IMG/VR virus record: IMGVR_UViG_3300031994_000022
Source: a virus
Lineage: Duplodnaviria; Caudoviricetes
Length of the DNA stretch: 64,000 bases
Direction: 5' to 3' (one strand)
A model generated the notes under the pieces. That model was given only the letters and a program-made list of their open reading frames with translations, ran no database searches and was not told the origin of the DNA. This document shows, one piece after another, positions 1-10,209 of the stretch (its first letter is position 1; each line of letters starts with the position of its first letter). The position numbers and the translations under genes are program-made.

Positions 1-70
1 GATTACATTCTTCTGGAGTCACCGTATAATTACGGTCTTGTAAAAATCTCTCGATTTCGTGCGAATACAT
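1..70 (-). CDS. partial hypothetical protein (5' end, runs off window)
   Basis: ATG at 70 after AAGGTGG RBS; open to window edge. Confidence 0.5.
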   Translation of the reverse strand, partial: MYSHEIERFLQDRNYTVTPEECN

Positions 71-94
71 TAATACCACCTTCTTATGGTTTAA

Positions 95-592
95 TTACGT
101 ATCCTTTTCCTCATACATATTCAATACACCTTCGCCAATAAGAATCGCATCTGATTCATCATCTGACTTGGGTTTGATATTATATTTGTCCGTAACATAC
201 TTTACAGAAAATTCTTTTTGTTCTTGTCTCTTTATTCCTTTACCGTTTGGAAAATCTGGGATATACTTACGCCACGAACTAGGCATAATACAATGAAACT
301 CTGCATCATGAGTAATACACCATGTATATATAACTCCTTGGATACGATTAAGTTTCTTTTGTACTTCAGGATTACCATGACAATACGTATCCTCAATATA
401 AACAATGGAAGGGTGGTAGTATTCCAATCCCTTCCATAGCTTTAATCCCATTTCTTTTTGCCTCTCTTCAGTATCCTTTATATTACTCATATCTATAATA
501 TGAGATTCTATATACTTTCCATTTTCCCAAAGGGCAAGTCCAGAACATTTGGTTGAACAATCGAGACTTAACAATCTCGTTCTATTCATCAT
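95..592 (-). CDS. ruvC: RuvC-like Holliday junction resolvase
   Basis: LSLDCSTKCSG, IVYIED and DDESDAILIG RuvC catalytic motifs. Confidence 0.85.
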   Translation of the reverse strand: MMNRTRLLSLDCSTKCSGLALWENGKYIESHIIDMSNIKDTEERQKEMGLKLWKGLEYYHPSIVYIEDTYCHGNPEVQKKLNRIQGVIYTWCITHDAEFHCIMPSSWRKYIPDFPNGKGIKRQEQKEFSVKYVTDKYNIKPKSDDESDAILIGEGVLNMYEEKDT

Positions 593-1059
593 CTATCCTC
601 GCTTGTTAGTTTTACAGTCCAAGCACGTTTCTCTAAGAGTTCTTCGTATTTCCTCTTAAGATGATTGATACTTGCCACGGTAATATTATTCTTAAACTCC
701 GGGTGAGTTTCTGTATATAATTCATAACGACAGATATCATCCATAACTTGATCCCACGAATCCTTAGAATGATCTCTTTCTTCCTGTACCTCATCTTCAA
801 ATCTTAAAATACGAACCCTTATTGTTGTTGCTTGGTTCTCATCTACCTTTTTATCAATGGCATCTACTTTATCCCACAACGCTCTAATCCCTAAGAACTT
901 TCCAATTAGTCCTCCTATCCACGACCATGGATTAAATTTAATTGGAGATATCTCAACTGCACTAAGTAGAAAAATAACTAAAGCAGTTTTCGCTCCCGGT
1001 ATAGAAATCAAGGATTTCCACATGTCATAAAACTGTGCAAATGTTGTCGCAAGTATCAT
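589..1059 (-). CDS. membrane protein, holin-associated/holin-like
   Basis: N-terminal hydrophobic segments, coiled-coil tail, overlaps adjacent holin. Confidence 0.5.
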   Translation of the reverse strand: MILATTFAQFYDMWKSLISIPGAKTALVIFLLSAVEISPIKFNPWSWIGGLIGKFLGIRALWDKVDAIDKKVDENQATTIRVRILRFEDEVQEERDHSKDSWDQVMDDICRYELYTETHPEFKNNITVASINHLKRKYEELLEKRAWTVKLTSEDR

Positions 1060-1322
1060 ATCGTGTAATCATTATCCTTAGATAGTTGTTTATATACCTG
1101 ATGGATTGCTACCGCAACTGCACCGCTGGAGATGCCTTGTGCAACGGCGAGATATGATAATCCATTCATAAATATGCCTGAAATTCCTCCTAAAACTAAA
1201 GCTATAATAGGAATGAATTTATCTTTAATAAATCCAGCTTGTTTGATTGCATAACATATACAATATACAACCATGGCAATAACAGGAATACAGTATTCTT
1301 GTATTATTTCAGATATATCCAT
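1056..1322 (-). CDS. phage holin
   Basis: 88 aa, three TM segments, KFIPIIALVLG motif, charged C-terminus. Confidence 0.75.
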   Translation of the reverse strand: MDISEIIQEYCIPVIAMVVYCICYAIKQAGFIKDKFIPIIALVLGGISGIFMNGLSYLAVAQGISSGAVAVAIHQVYKQLSKDNDYTI

Positions 1323-1324
1323 AA

Positions 1325-2497
1325 TTAAACCTCCTCTTTTAAAAATAAAAACAAGTCTGCTATAGAATTATATTTGAATTCATTAGCATATATTAATTTA
1401 TAATTTAAATGATTGTTTTTTAAAATTTGTTCTTTTTTCTTTAGTTTTTCATAATAAGTTATTGTTTCAGTTGTTGTTGGTTTATAATCTTTTGACCACA
1501 ACATACCAACTATTTCAACATACCAATCTTTATTATTGTAATGAATCAAATAATCACAATTCATTGCTCCATTATAATGATTGTATTTATCAAGATTTTT
1601 ATATAATATATTTCTCTCATAATTTATATTATTATCAATTAACCAATTTGAGACCATACACTCATATGACGAATCACATTTCTCACCATTAGACAAATAA
1701 TATTCCGGTTGTCTATTATTAGGTTTATATCCATAATGAATACATGCTTGTCCCCAAGTTCCGAATCTTAATTTATATGCTTTTTCTCCAGGAAGATCAC
1801 TATTTTCTCTAAGTTCTCTAACAGTCGGAACCCTATTGTTTTTATTGACAAAATTCATAAAAGCATTTTCTAAATACTCATCAGTATATATATAATGCCC
1901 TCTAGGTTGATATCCATTTTGTTTTATAAAATTCGTGTATGTATTATAATTACGACAAATACAATGATATAAATCTATTCCATATTTATTATTCAATTCT
2001 TTTATTGTCGGAACTTTTTTATACTCGCTAACATAATTATCTAAAATATTGTCCAATACTTTTTTATCGTCATATTTATTCTTATATTTTCCATTATTTT
2101 CAACAATATAAGTATAGTTACTATTTCCACATAATTCTCGAACCTTATACCAACTTCCAAAATGCTTTCTATATGTCCGAGAACTTGGTAAACCAAATTG
2201 AGAACTATGTGTATCCCAATATTCGCAAGATGGGAAAAATCCATTTTCTTTCTCATACTTTTGAATTATTGCCAGTAGTTCATCATCAGAGTATTTTTTA
2301 CAAAAACTATCTAGAGACTTTGGTAAATTTAATTCGTCCTTCATATTACTCATATTTCCCCAAAGAGTAATAACTGTTTTATATATTTTATTCTCGTATA
2401 ATATTTTTTGTGTAATAATATTGTTCCATCCAATTTCTTCTTGTAACTCTAATAATTTTTCTATACATTCTTCCTTTGTGCATTTTAATTTTCCCAT
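1325..2497 (-). CDS. free-standing homing endonuclease (homing-endonuclease-associated repeats + C-terminal PD-(D/E)xK-like nuclease)
   Basis: repeats LPSSRTYRKHFGSW / LPGEKAYKLRFGTW; C-terminal SSYE...CDYLI...YVEIVG; very AT-rich. Confidence 0.7.
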   Translation of the reverse strand: MGKLKCTKEECIEKLLELQEEIGWNNIITQKILYENKIYKTVITLWGNMSNMKDELNLPKSLDSFCKKYSDDELLAIIQKYEKENGFFPSCEYWDTHSSQFGLPSSRTYRKHFGSWYKVRELCGNSNYTYIVENNGKYKNKYDDKKVLDNILDNYVSEYKKVPTIKELNNKYGIDLYHCICRNYNTYTNFIKQNGYQPRGHYIYTDEYLENAFMNFVNKNNRVPTVRELRENSDLPGEKAYKLRFGTWGQACIHYGYKPNNRQPEYYLSNGEKCDSSYECMVSNWLIDNNINYERNILYKNLDKYNHYNGAMNCDYLIHYNNKDWYVEIVGMLWSKDYKPTTTETITYYEKLKKKEQILKNNHLNYKLIYANEFKYNSIADLFLFLKEEV

Positions 2498-2538
2498 TAT
2501 TATTCCCCTTTCCTACATCTCTCCACAAAAAATAAAAA

Positions 2539-2605
2539 GTGCAGAAGAGTAGCGTGGAAAGGATACTACTCTCATAAAGGTCATGACTCCTTTATGTTTC
2601 TGCAC
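2539..2605 (-). promoter_or_regulatory. three-way-junction leader RNA with anti-RBS loop
   Basis: P1 GTGCAGA/TCTGCAC, P2 CATAAAGG/CCTTTATG, P3 AGAGTAG/CTACTCT; loop CCTTTCC complementary to downstream GGAAAGG. Confidence 0.65.
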
Positions 2606-2643
2606 AAAAATAATAACAACCAATATGGTTGATATTAACTCCT

Positions 2644-3678
2644 TTATATTTCACTTATAGATTTTTGTTTAATTTGTTTTATCCCATTTTCATCAAAATA
2701 TTTTCCTATATTTTCATCTGCTGAAATATCCGTATATAAACTGACCATATCAGCCGATTCCCAATTAACAATATCTTGTATTACATTAGTAGGTATATTA
2801 TTCTTCACTAAAGCAGTTGTAAAATAATGTCTCAAACTGTGCCAATAAAAATCTTTACCTAAGAACTTTGTATAATTAGAACTCCATCCGTCCATAGTAT
2901 CTATAGACATAGGTTTTGAATAATCATTCATATTAGGGAATAACCATTCACTATCAATATTATTTTCTTGTCTATATTCAAGCCAAAGTTTTAAATACGG
3001 ATCAAATGGTTTTTTTAAAACATATAATTGTATTTCTTTACCTCTAGCTCCTCGTCCTTTGGTTTTAACTTTTTCGGGAGTTTTATATAACGAACCGAAT
3101 AAAACATTTTCTTCATTAAAATAAGATACCTTAAATCTAGGTATCTCGGATTTTCTTCTCCCTGAATTAATAGCAAGTGATACACAACAAGCTTGTCTAT
3201 ATTTTTTTTGTTCAACAAGCCATCCAAGAAGACTTTCTATTTCATCTTCGGTAAAAATTGTTTTTTCACGTACAGTTTGATTTACAGGAGATTCTATTTT
3301 TTTAATCACACTTCTATAATTAAAATATTCTTCTTCTTCATCGAGTATATTTTCAATATAATTTGAAAGAGAAGAAAGTGTTGATTTTACTCTTCTTATT
3401 CTTTTAGGACTCCATCCCCATTCACTAATAGCGTGATTTTGAAATCTTGCAAACTCACGCTTTGTGATTTCTGTAAATCTCTTATTGTTGTTATTTTTTA
3501 AATTATAAACAAAGAATATATCAAGATCTGATTTATATTGAGAAATAGTATTAGGTGATCTATCAATTGATTTAAGATAATCTAAAAAATCATTTGATAA
3601 TTCTATGTTTTCCGGAAGAATCTGTGATAGAGATTCTTCGTCTGTGATGTTATTATATACTGTCTTTCTTCCTATCAA
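2644..3678 (-). CDS. tyrosine recombinase (position like SPbeta YomM)
   Basis: SGRRKSE, HSLRH and terminal LY catalytic motifs; N-terminal SAM-like domain. Confidence 0.85.
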   Translation of the reverse strand: MIGRKTVYNNITDEESLSQILPENIELSNDFLDYLKSIDRSPNTISQYKSDLDIFFVYNLKNNNNKRFTEITKREFARFQNHAISEWGWSPKRIRRVKSTLSSLSNYIENILDEEEEYFNYRSVIKKIESPVNQTVREKTIFTEDEIESLLGWLVEQKKYRQACCVSLAINSGRRKSEIPRFKVSYFNEENVLFGSLYKTPEKVKTKGRGARGKEIQLYVLKKPFDPYLKLWLEYRQENNIDSEWLFPNMNDYSKPMSIDTMDGWSSNYTKFLGKDFYWHSLRHYFTTALVKNNIPTNVIQDIVNWESADMVSLYTDISADENIGKYFDENGIKQIKQKSISEI

Positions 3679-3776
3679 ATTCCTCCTATTTTTTTGTAAT
3701 AATGTTTGTAAATATAAACATTAACATTATTTTTGATTAATAACTTATTCTATGTTACTATTCAAAATTTACGTTA

Positions 3777-4886
3777 CTATATCAGTTCCAATATACTTTT
3801 TAATACCTTTACAACATATTCAATATCTTCATATGTGTTCTGATTGCTAAGTGTAAACCGTACACATTCCAATGCTTCTTCGTCACTAAGTCCATACGCT
3901 GTTGCTACATGACTAGGTTTATCCGAATCTGACGAACAAGCTGAACCAGTACCTATATAGATTCCATATTCATTAAGTAAATTCTGTAAACTCATTCCTG
4001 ATACCCCAGGGAATCTTATATATATATTATTTGGCAATCTACTTTCTCGCGAACCCACAAGTATTCCACCCAGCTCTTCGAGATAGCTCAATAAAACATC
4101 TCTTTTATGTTGAAGATCGGAATTGTTATAATCCAATAACTCGAACGCCATCCCAAGACTTGCAATAAGTGGAGTAGGATATGTGCCACCAACTAATCCT
4201 TGTTCACCAAAAATAACAGGAGTTACTTTATCTTGCAGTTCTTGACGCACGTAAAGTAATCCGCTACCTTTTAATCCTCCAATCTTTTGACCAGACATTG
4301 ATAATGCGTCTATACCCATTTTATTAACATTAATGGGATAGTATGGAATATATTGTGTAGCGTCTACATGAAGATATCCACCAAATTTATGAACTAATTT
4401 GGCAATATACTTAATTGGTTGTATAACACCGCTTTCTGAATTAGCCATCTGAATACTGACAAGAAATGGCTTAGATTTTGCTTCACACAGTACTAGAGTT
4501 TCGTATAACGAATCAGTATTAATAATTCCATCTTCATATACGTCCAACATACATTTCGAATATGGAAGCCAATCGTATAATTCCATAATGTCGTTATGTT
4601 CTACGCAACTTGTAATAAACATAATTTCAGGACGTTTGCGCATTACGCCTTGAATTAATATATTATTTGACATTGTTGCCCCAGATGTAAAAAATATTTC
4701 ATCTTGTCTGCACGATAATTTAGATGCAATAATATCTTGTGTATTCGATATTATATTCATAGCATCCAAACCAGGAGAATGAACTGAACTAGGATTTGCA
4801 TAATATATTTCGGCAATTTCTGTAAATTTTGTCAATATATATGGATCAACTTTTGTACTTGCAGCATTGTCTAAATATATCCCCAT
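3777..4886 (-). CDS. iscS: cysteine desulfurase (IscS/NifS family)
   Basis: IYLDNAAST, FTSGAT, HVDATQ, SGQKIGG (PLP Lys), GSACSS (catalytic Cys). Confidence 0.92.
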   Translation of the reverse strand: MGIYLDNAASTKVDPYILTKFTEIAEIYYANPSSVHSPGLDAMNIISNTQDIIASKLSCRQDEIFFTSGATMSNNILIQGVMRKRPEIMFITSCVEHNDIMELYDWLPYSKCMLDVYEDGIINTDSLYETLVLCEAKSKPFLVSIQMANSESGVIQPIKYIAKLVHKFGGYLHVDATQYIPYYPINVNKMGIDALSMSGQKIGGLKGSGLLYVRQELQDKVTPVIFGEQGLVGGTYPTPLIASLGMAFELLDYNNSDLQHKRDVLLSYLEELGGILVGSRESRLPNNIYIRFPGVSGMSLQNLLNEYGIYIGTGSACSSDSDKPSHVATAYGLSDEEALECVRFTLSNQNTYEDIEYVVKVLKSILELI

Positions 4887-4890
4887 AACA

Positions 4891-5091
4891 TCACCGCCTA
4901 TCTAACCATTCTTTATATAATAGATAGGTCTCATCACGTTTAAACAAAAAAACAACAATCGGTTGTTGTGTGTGAGAATCTATACTAGGGTAAATATCTA
5001 CAGGTTCAATCCCTTTGCCCCAATAAAAAGCTGCTTGTTTGGGATTGAGTATAGGTATGTATTTGTCTAAATTTATATTTTTATTATCCAT
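4891..5091 (-). CDS. small hypothetical protein
   Basis: GGAGG RBS; resembles upstream neighbour (PxDIY motif). Confidence 0.7.
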   Translation of the reverse strand: MDNKNINLDKYIPILNPKQAAFYWGKGIEPVDIYPSIDSHTQQPIVVFLFKRDETYLLYKEWLDRR

Positions 5092-5130
5092 TTATTTCCT
5101 CCAATCACTTTCAAACAATAATGACTGTTA

Positions 5131-5310
5131 TTATACAAAAGTAGATTTTTCAAACAGCATTACCAACTTGCCATTTCCATCTACATATATATCACATGGA
5201 TACATTCCAAAGGCTATAAATACTCGTTGTTTATCATTATCCGTTACTCGAATAACTTTAGTAGGATTATATTCATGTGTATTGAAATTTGGTTGTACTA
5301 TCATTTCCAT
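5131..5310 (-). CDS. small hypothetical protein
   Basis: AGGAG RBS before ATG 5310; track start 5451 overlaps the upstream gene. Confidence 0.55.
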   Translation of the reverse strand: MEMIVQPNFNTHEYNPTKVIRVTDNDKQRVFIAFGMYPCDIYVDGNGKLVMLFEKSTFV

Positions 5311-5338
5311 TTTCTCCTTAAAAAAGGAAGAGCCAATA

Positions 5339-5821
5339 CTACTCTTCAGTATTGGCTTCCTCTGTATATTTCTTATGATATCTTCTAGTTCTACGAGGTT
5401 TATACTCTGTTTGAACTGGTTCAGATTCTTCTGCTTGAGTCTCTTCGACAACTGGAGTTTCTACGTCTACCTCCTGATTAGTTGTTTGAGTCTCAACAAT
5501 AACATTCTCTTCAATAACCGGAGTTTCTGTAACAACCGTTTCTTCTTTAACCACTGGTGCAGAAGAGAAGAGTGTATTTAGTTTATTCTGTAATTTCTGA
5601 GAAAACTGTGAGTAATCTGTAATATTATGTTTAATTAAAACCTGCTGAATATCTTCTTTAGTTTTTTTACCAATATTATAACCACCAATAACCTCATATA
5701 AGTCATGGCATTTTTCACTATCAAAATTATACATCCACTTTGGCAGAGAATTATATTCTCCACAATTTGGACAATACTGATATGATTTACCACAGAAAAT
5801 ACAGTTTCTTTCTTTAGCCAT
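5339..5821 (-). CDS. hypothetical protein with N-terminal Zn ribbon
   Basis: CIFCG...CPNC; acidic/Thr-rich tail. Confidence 0.75.
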   Translation of the reverse strand: MAKERNCIFCGKSYQYCPNCGEYNSLPKWMYNFDSEKCHDLYEVIGGYNIGKKTKEDIQQVLIKHNITDYSQFSQKLQNKLNTLFSSAPVVKEETVVTETPVIEENVIVETQTTNQEVDVETPVVEETQAEESEPVQTEYKPRRTRRYHKKYTEEANTEE

Positions 5822-5838
5822 AATAAGTTCCTCCTTAC

Positions 5839-5875
5839 TAAAAAGGGGCTATCTAAAAAAGATAACCCCCTTTAT
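5839..5875 (-). terminator. intrinsic terminator
   Basis: GGGGTTATC/GATAGCCCC stem plus T-run after the tail tube gene. Confidence 0.65.
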
Positions 5876-5891
5876 TCAAAATCAGTTCTTA

Positions 5892-6722
5892 TTAGCCAAT
5901 GAACTGCTTTGTATCATAATCATCTGTATCATCTGCAAGTGCGATGTAATACAGAACCTGATTCTTTGCACAGTAATCCTTGAAAGCTGTAGCTGAGAAA
6001 TTCTGAGTTGACTCAGTATCTACAGTCCAATCGAAGTCCGGACTCATCTGGAACTTCTCGAATACAATGTAAAGAGCAAGAACCTCTTCAGACTCACAAA
6101 GGTCTGAACAAAGTACTCTAAATGTAGCCTTGCACTCCTTAGGGAACTTATCGCCCTGTACATTAACTCTTGCAGCAACGATATCTTGACCCACTTTACG
6201 CTCATACTTAATCTGTACAGTATTTGTTACATCTGTAGGAAGCTTAAGAGTTGTTCCTGAGAGTACATATTTACCTGCTTCTGGCTGAGGATCCTCACCT
6301 TCGGCTGGTACATACTTCTTCTCAACATCAACATTACCATTGTCTGTTGTACCATAAACCTTGAGTGTTCCCGCAATTGGTGCTTCTGGAAGTTCAACAA
6401 TTCCTGTTCCCTTATCTGCGAGGAATATTCTTGGCATTATTACATCAGTACCAGTTACCTTAGATGTACCACCATTCTGAAGTGCGAAAAGGTTAAGTGA
6501 GAATGTAGCATTCTCTCCAGAAACCTCAACAGACTTCGATGTAAAGTATCTCTTAAGAAGTGCTCCCTGAGCATCTGTCTTATCTTTTGTCTCGGAAGTT
6601 GTATTGATTGAGAAATTAGAAATCTGATCAAGAACTGCGAGGATATCGCCAGTTGACTTAGACTCAAACCATCCGTCTACGACTCTATCAATAACAAGAT
6701 TATCAAAACTTGTAATAGCCAT
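5892..6722 (-). CDS. putative major tail (tube) protein
   Basis: position after neck genes, beta-rich sequence, high-expression codon bias, followed by terminator. Confidence 0.6.
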   Translation of the reverse strand: MAITSFDNLVIDRVVDGWFESKSTGDILAVLDQISNFSINTTSETKDKTDAQGALLKRYFTSKSVEVSGENATFSLNLFALQNGGTSKVTGTDVIMPRIFLADKGTGIVELPEAPIAGTLKVYGTTDNGNVDVEKKYVPAEGEDPQPEAGKYVLSGTTLKLPTDVTNTVQIKYERKVGQDIVAARVNVQGDKFPKECKATFRVLCSDLCESEEVLALYIVFEKFQMSPDFDWTVDTESTQNFSATAFKDYCAKNQVLYYIALADDTDDYDTKQFIG

Positions 6723-6758
6723 AATTCTATTCTCCTTTTCTAAAAATTAAAAAAGACA

Positions 6759-7637
6759 CTACTTTTTTGTAGCGTCTTCATTCATAGGCTTTATATTCAA
6801 GCTCTCTCCATTAACCGAGAGAGAATCTTTAAGTGTTTTACCACCACGTTTATTATACTTATCATCACTATACATCCACTGAAAATTGCTAGATGGAATT
6901 TTGGATGTATCGACAAATCCCGACATACTTCCTTGAAACATAGCACAAGCTTGTTTTTTACCTTGAATTTGAATAAGGGATTTAGTAAATTGATATAATG
7001 TAAGAGAATAGGCAGTTTCATATGTATATGGAAATTCTTCAGTATTAACTAAAGATATAATTCCATTATGAAACATTGATTCGTATTTATCATTTTTGTG
7101 CCTAGCACGTTGTCGTCTATCATCCAAGATAAGTATTTTAGCGGTTGCTTTATTAGCGGCTTTCCTACCTTTATGTTGAAAGCCAATCATTTCTCTAACA
7201 TAAGGTATCATTTCTTGATACAATTGTTCAGTAAAAATATATTGCGCGGGTTCATATTTTACACCATTTATTGTTAGTGGTTCTAAATTAACAAGTACAA
7301 TCTGACCTTCAGTATCGTCTTTGTTTTCCTTATAATTCATTGGAGTTAATTTTGAAAAGTCTAAATCTCCAAATATCAACCTAGTATCTTCAACATTAAA
7401 ACTATGTGTGATTTGAATGAAAAATTGCCAATCCGATACAGACATAAAATCTATGCCAGCATCTGCAAAAGTACTTGGCATATCCCATGCACAAGAACAC
7501 ATTAACCATATTGTGTTGGTAAATTTTTCTTCTCCTGCATCTGTAATCTGATCAATAGTTGGTTGATATATGGTCAACAAATCACTAATCTTAATCGGCT
7601 TACCTCTTAGTATCTTTAATTTATCTATTTCAGCCAC
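6759..7637 (-). CDS. virion morphogenesis protein (hypothetical)
   Basis: within the structural operon. Confidence 0.6.
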   Translation of the reverse strand: MAEIDKLKILRGKPIKISDLLTIYQPTIDQITDAGEEKFTNTIWLMCSCAWDMPSTFADAGIDFMSVSDWQFFIQITHSFNVEDTRLIFGDLDFSKLTPMNYKENKDDTEGQIVLVNLEPLTINGVKYEPAQYIFTEQLYQEMIPYVREMIGFQHKGRKAANKATAKILILDDRRQRARHKNDKYESMFHNGIISLVNTEEFPYTYETAYSLTLYQFTKSLIQIQGKKQACAMFQGSMSGFVDTSKIPSSNFQWMYSDDKYNKRGGKTLKDSLSVNGESLNIKPMNEDATKK

Positions 7638-7639
7638 AA

Positions 7640-8209
7640 TTAACGCCTCAGATTAAAAGTTCGTCCGTCAGCCCTAGTTAGTGAATTTGTTGTCTTTTGT
7701 TCAAACACAAGAGTACGAGTAGAATATGAATTATCCGTAACACTTGGTTTATCAGATACGAGTTTTAATTCATTTCCAAAAATATTAGAACCATTGAATT
7801 TATCTATAATTATTCCCGCAATTAAATCTTTTCGAGCTGCTCCGATTTCTTCGACAATACCATTAGCCTCATGACACAAAATATAAAAAATGATTTCTTG
7901 ATATTTGATTGCTGGATTATATCTAGCGTTATCATCAAATGAAACCTCATAACATATAAAATTTTGCACATCGGTTTGTGTCTCTGGAATAATATATTCT
8001 GGACGAATATTTACTCCAAAATACTCATCATTCTCGGATTCAGCATCTTCAAGTTTTTTATTATTTAAAAGCCATATAAGAATGTCATCATCTAAAAGCT
8101 GTTGCTTTATGATTTCTTTATATCTAATATCATCTTCATTTGGCTTTTTCATTAAATCTATAAGATATTGTTTCTGCTCAGGTAAGAGCTTGCGCTTTCT
8201 TTCTTGCAT
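7640..8209 (-). CDS. putative tail completion/terminator protein
   Basis: size and position between neck and tail tube genes. Confidence 0.45.
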   Translation of the reverse strand: MQERKRKLLPEQKQYLIDLMKKPNEDDIRYKEIIKQQLLDDDILIWLLNNKKLEDAESENDEYFGVNIRPEYIIPETQTDVQNFICYEVSFDDNARYNPAIKYQEIIFYILCHEANGIVEEIGAARKDLIAGIIIDKFNGSNIFGNELKLVSDKPSVTDNSYSTRTLVFEQKTTNSLTRADGRTFNLRR

Positions 8210-8220
8210 ACTCCACCTCC

Positions 8221-8867
8221 TTATAGACTAACGATTTGAAGTTGAAGAGTTCCAACTATATCATCTCGTATATTTTTAATTGTTAATACCTTACCTAAGT
8301 AATTTTCATCTCCTAAGAATTTTATTTTAATTATATTAGGAGAATCACTTTCTATAACTTTAATCAATTCCCCAACATTTATATCATCGATCCAATATGA
8401 CCATTCGCCCGGAGTTTGATCTTTTAATATTTCGTTGGAATTATAATAGGTAAGAATTATTTTTTTATAAGAACCATTGACTTTGATATGTGGTTCTGTA
8501 CCAGCATAAGTAATTTCAGCATAGGTACCGTAATCTTCTGAAGATGGGGTAGTAGTATCTTCGGATGGGAGATTAGATTCTTTGTAGTAATCCGCCCACA
8601 TTCCGAGAAGCTTTCCGTTTTCATCACGTTCTATATAATCATGATTTTGGTCAAAAACATCTTGTGCGAATGTGAACATTATATTACCTTTATGAGCTAA
8701 TCCCTCTACTTTTGTAGTACGCCATGTTATTGGCTCCGGAAGATCAGCACTTATTATAGTACGAGTATTATAAAAGAGAGTTTTTGTTATATCATTATAT
8801 GGAAGAATAGCCTTAGTCTGATTTTCAACTACTTCCGTCTTGTATGAAAACCAAACTCCAGAATTAT
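8221..8867 (-). CDS. exon 2 of intron-split virion (neck) protein
   Basis: frame is open upstream of ATG 8679 to 8867; splicing gives ...SQNS-Y-NSGVW... Confidence 0.85.
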
Positions 8868-8891
8868 CAAATATGTTACTTTATTAGTTCG

Positions 8892-9890
8892 TTAATCTAA
8901 TAAAGAATTATTTATATTATAGTAATTGCAAAATCTATCGTATTTACGTTGAAGAAATAAATCTGCATCTTTATATAACCAATCTAAAAATATTTTACAA
9001 ACATTCCTACCACTTATTGTAAAAACTTTAGTAATTCCATTATGACAAGACGCATCATATATTCCAGGATTTATAGAAAGAATGTTTTGACAGTACTTTT
9101 GTAAATCTTTACAGTAATCTTCGGTTGCAGTAATAGTAACAATGATAGGTTTATTATTTTCATTTCTATATGATTGACATATACTACCATCTCCATCAAA
9201 AACCCCTCTGGTATAATGAGATAATAATTTTTCATCAATCCAATTAGGAAAACCTATTTTTAAACTTTTATCAGGAACTATACCTTTATCATTTAACATT
9301 TCACATATATGTTTGCTAAATATATTTAAACGATACTGATTTTTATACAAATATCCAAAATCATGTTTATTTGAATAATCTAAATATTCTAATGGCTTTT
9401 CACTTCCAATTTCTACCCTCACTCTTTCTAAAATATCCCGGTCTTCCTCTTGTAAAGAAATACTTACGGTTGATTTACTAATATTATTAGAACCATCTGA
9501 ATGTAATAATCCCATAATATAAGCTTTATTTGGAGTGTCTATATTATCAAAATATGTTTCGTTTAATTTATATTTACGTGCAAACCTTTTTTGATCCGGT
9601 TTAATTCCCATGTCTCGTAATATTCTCAATATAGGTTTGTGCCCACAATTATACATTTTTCCTATTTCTACACTCGATTTTCCGTTTATATAATTTTGCT
9701 TTATATTTTCTTTTTCAATATCCGTGATATATCTATAATCAAATCCATGATTAATACTATCTGTTTGTTTTAAATATTTATAAACAGTAGTATTAGACAC
9801 ATTGTAATTATTACATATATCATAAACAGACATTCCTTCTTTGTATTTTTGCACAATAGTATTAATTGTATCATCAGATAATTTATACAT
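8892..9890 (-). CDS. intron-encoded LAGLIDADG homing endonuclease with N-terminal HTH repeats
   Basis: KAYIMGLLHSDGS and HYTRGVFDGDGS motifs; GGAGG RBS before ATG 9890. Confidence 0.9.
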   Translation of the reverse strand: MYKLSDDTINTIVQKYKEGMSVYDICNNYNVSNTTVYKYLKQTDSINHGFDYRYITDIEKENIKQNYINGKSSVEIGKMYNCGHKPILRILRDMGIKPDQKRFARKYKLNETYFDNIDTPNKAYIMGLLHSDGSNNISKSTVSISLQEEDRDILERVRVEIGSEKPLEYLDYSNKHDFGYLYKNQYRLNIFSKHICEMLNDKGIVPDKSLKIGFPNWIDEKLLSHYTRGVFDGDGSICQSYRNENNKPIIVTITATEDYCKDLQKYCQNILSINPGIYDASCHNGITKVFTISGRNVCKIFLDWLYKDADLFLQRKYDRFCNYYNINNSLLD

Positions 9891-9923
9891 GTTTTTATTC
9901 CTCCGAAAAATAAACATAATAAA

Positions 9924-9983
9924 AAGACAGTAATCTTCGTATTCGGAGTACGAAGAAAGGGGAGCTACCCCATGTCCTGTCTT
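9924..9983 (-). promoter_or_regulatory. three-way-junction leader RNA with anti-RBS loop
   Basis: P1 AAGACAG/CTGTCTT, P2 GGGG/CCCC, P3 TCTTCGTA/TACGAAGA; loop CTCCGAA complementary to TTCGGAG at the RBS. Confidence 0.7.
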
Positions 9984-10209
9984 AATAACTAATTCTAATA
10001 TAAATAATTTTTCTTCATGTCACCATGAAGTTCAGACCATATCAAACTCCTAATAGGAGTGTCCCCATTTCGAGCACTTGCTCTACGTCTTATGACTGGT
10101 CGTTGAACCTTTTTGCTTACGCAAACTTGGCTGCTGATTGTCTCATTGAGAGTTCCCAGCAATTAGAGGACTTTCGACATATAGTTACCTATATGAAGCG
10201 CATTAATTT

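Larger units (their letters stand above)
8868..10209 (-). mobile_element. group I intron (IA-like) carrying a LAGLIDADG endonuclease
   Basis: exon ends in U (10210), intron ends in G (8868); core P AATTGCTGGGAA, Q AATCAGCAG, R GTTCAACGACCAG, S GATATGGTCT. Confidence 0.92.

Noticed and set aside
8221-8679. Stand-alone 152 aa gene and 193 aa gene 10208..10789
   Set aside because: They are exons of one intron-split gene
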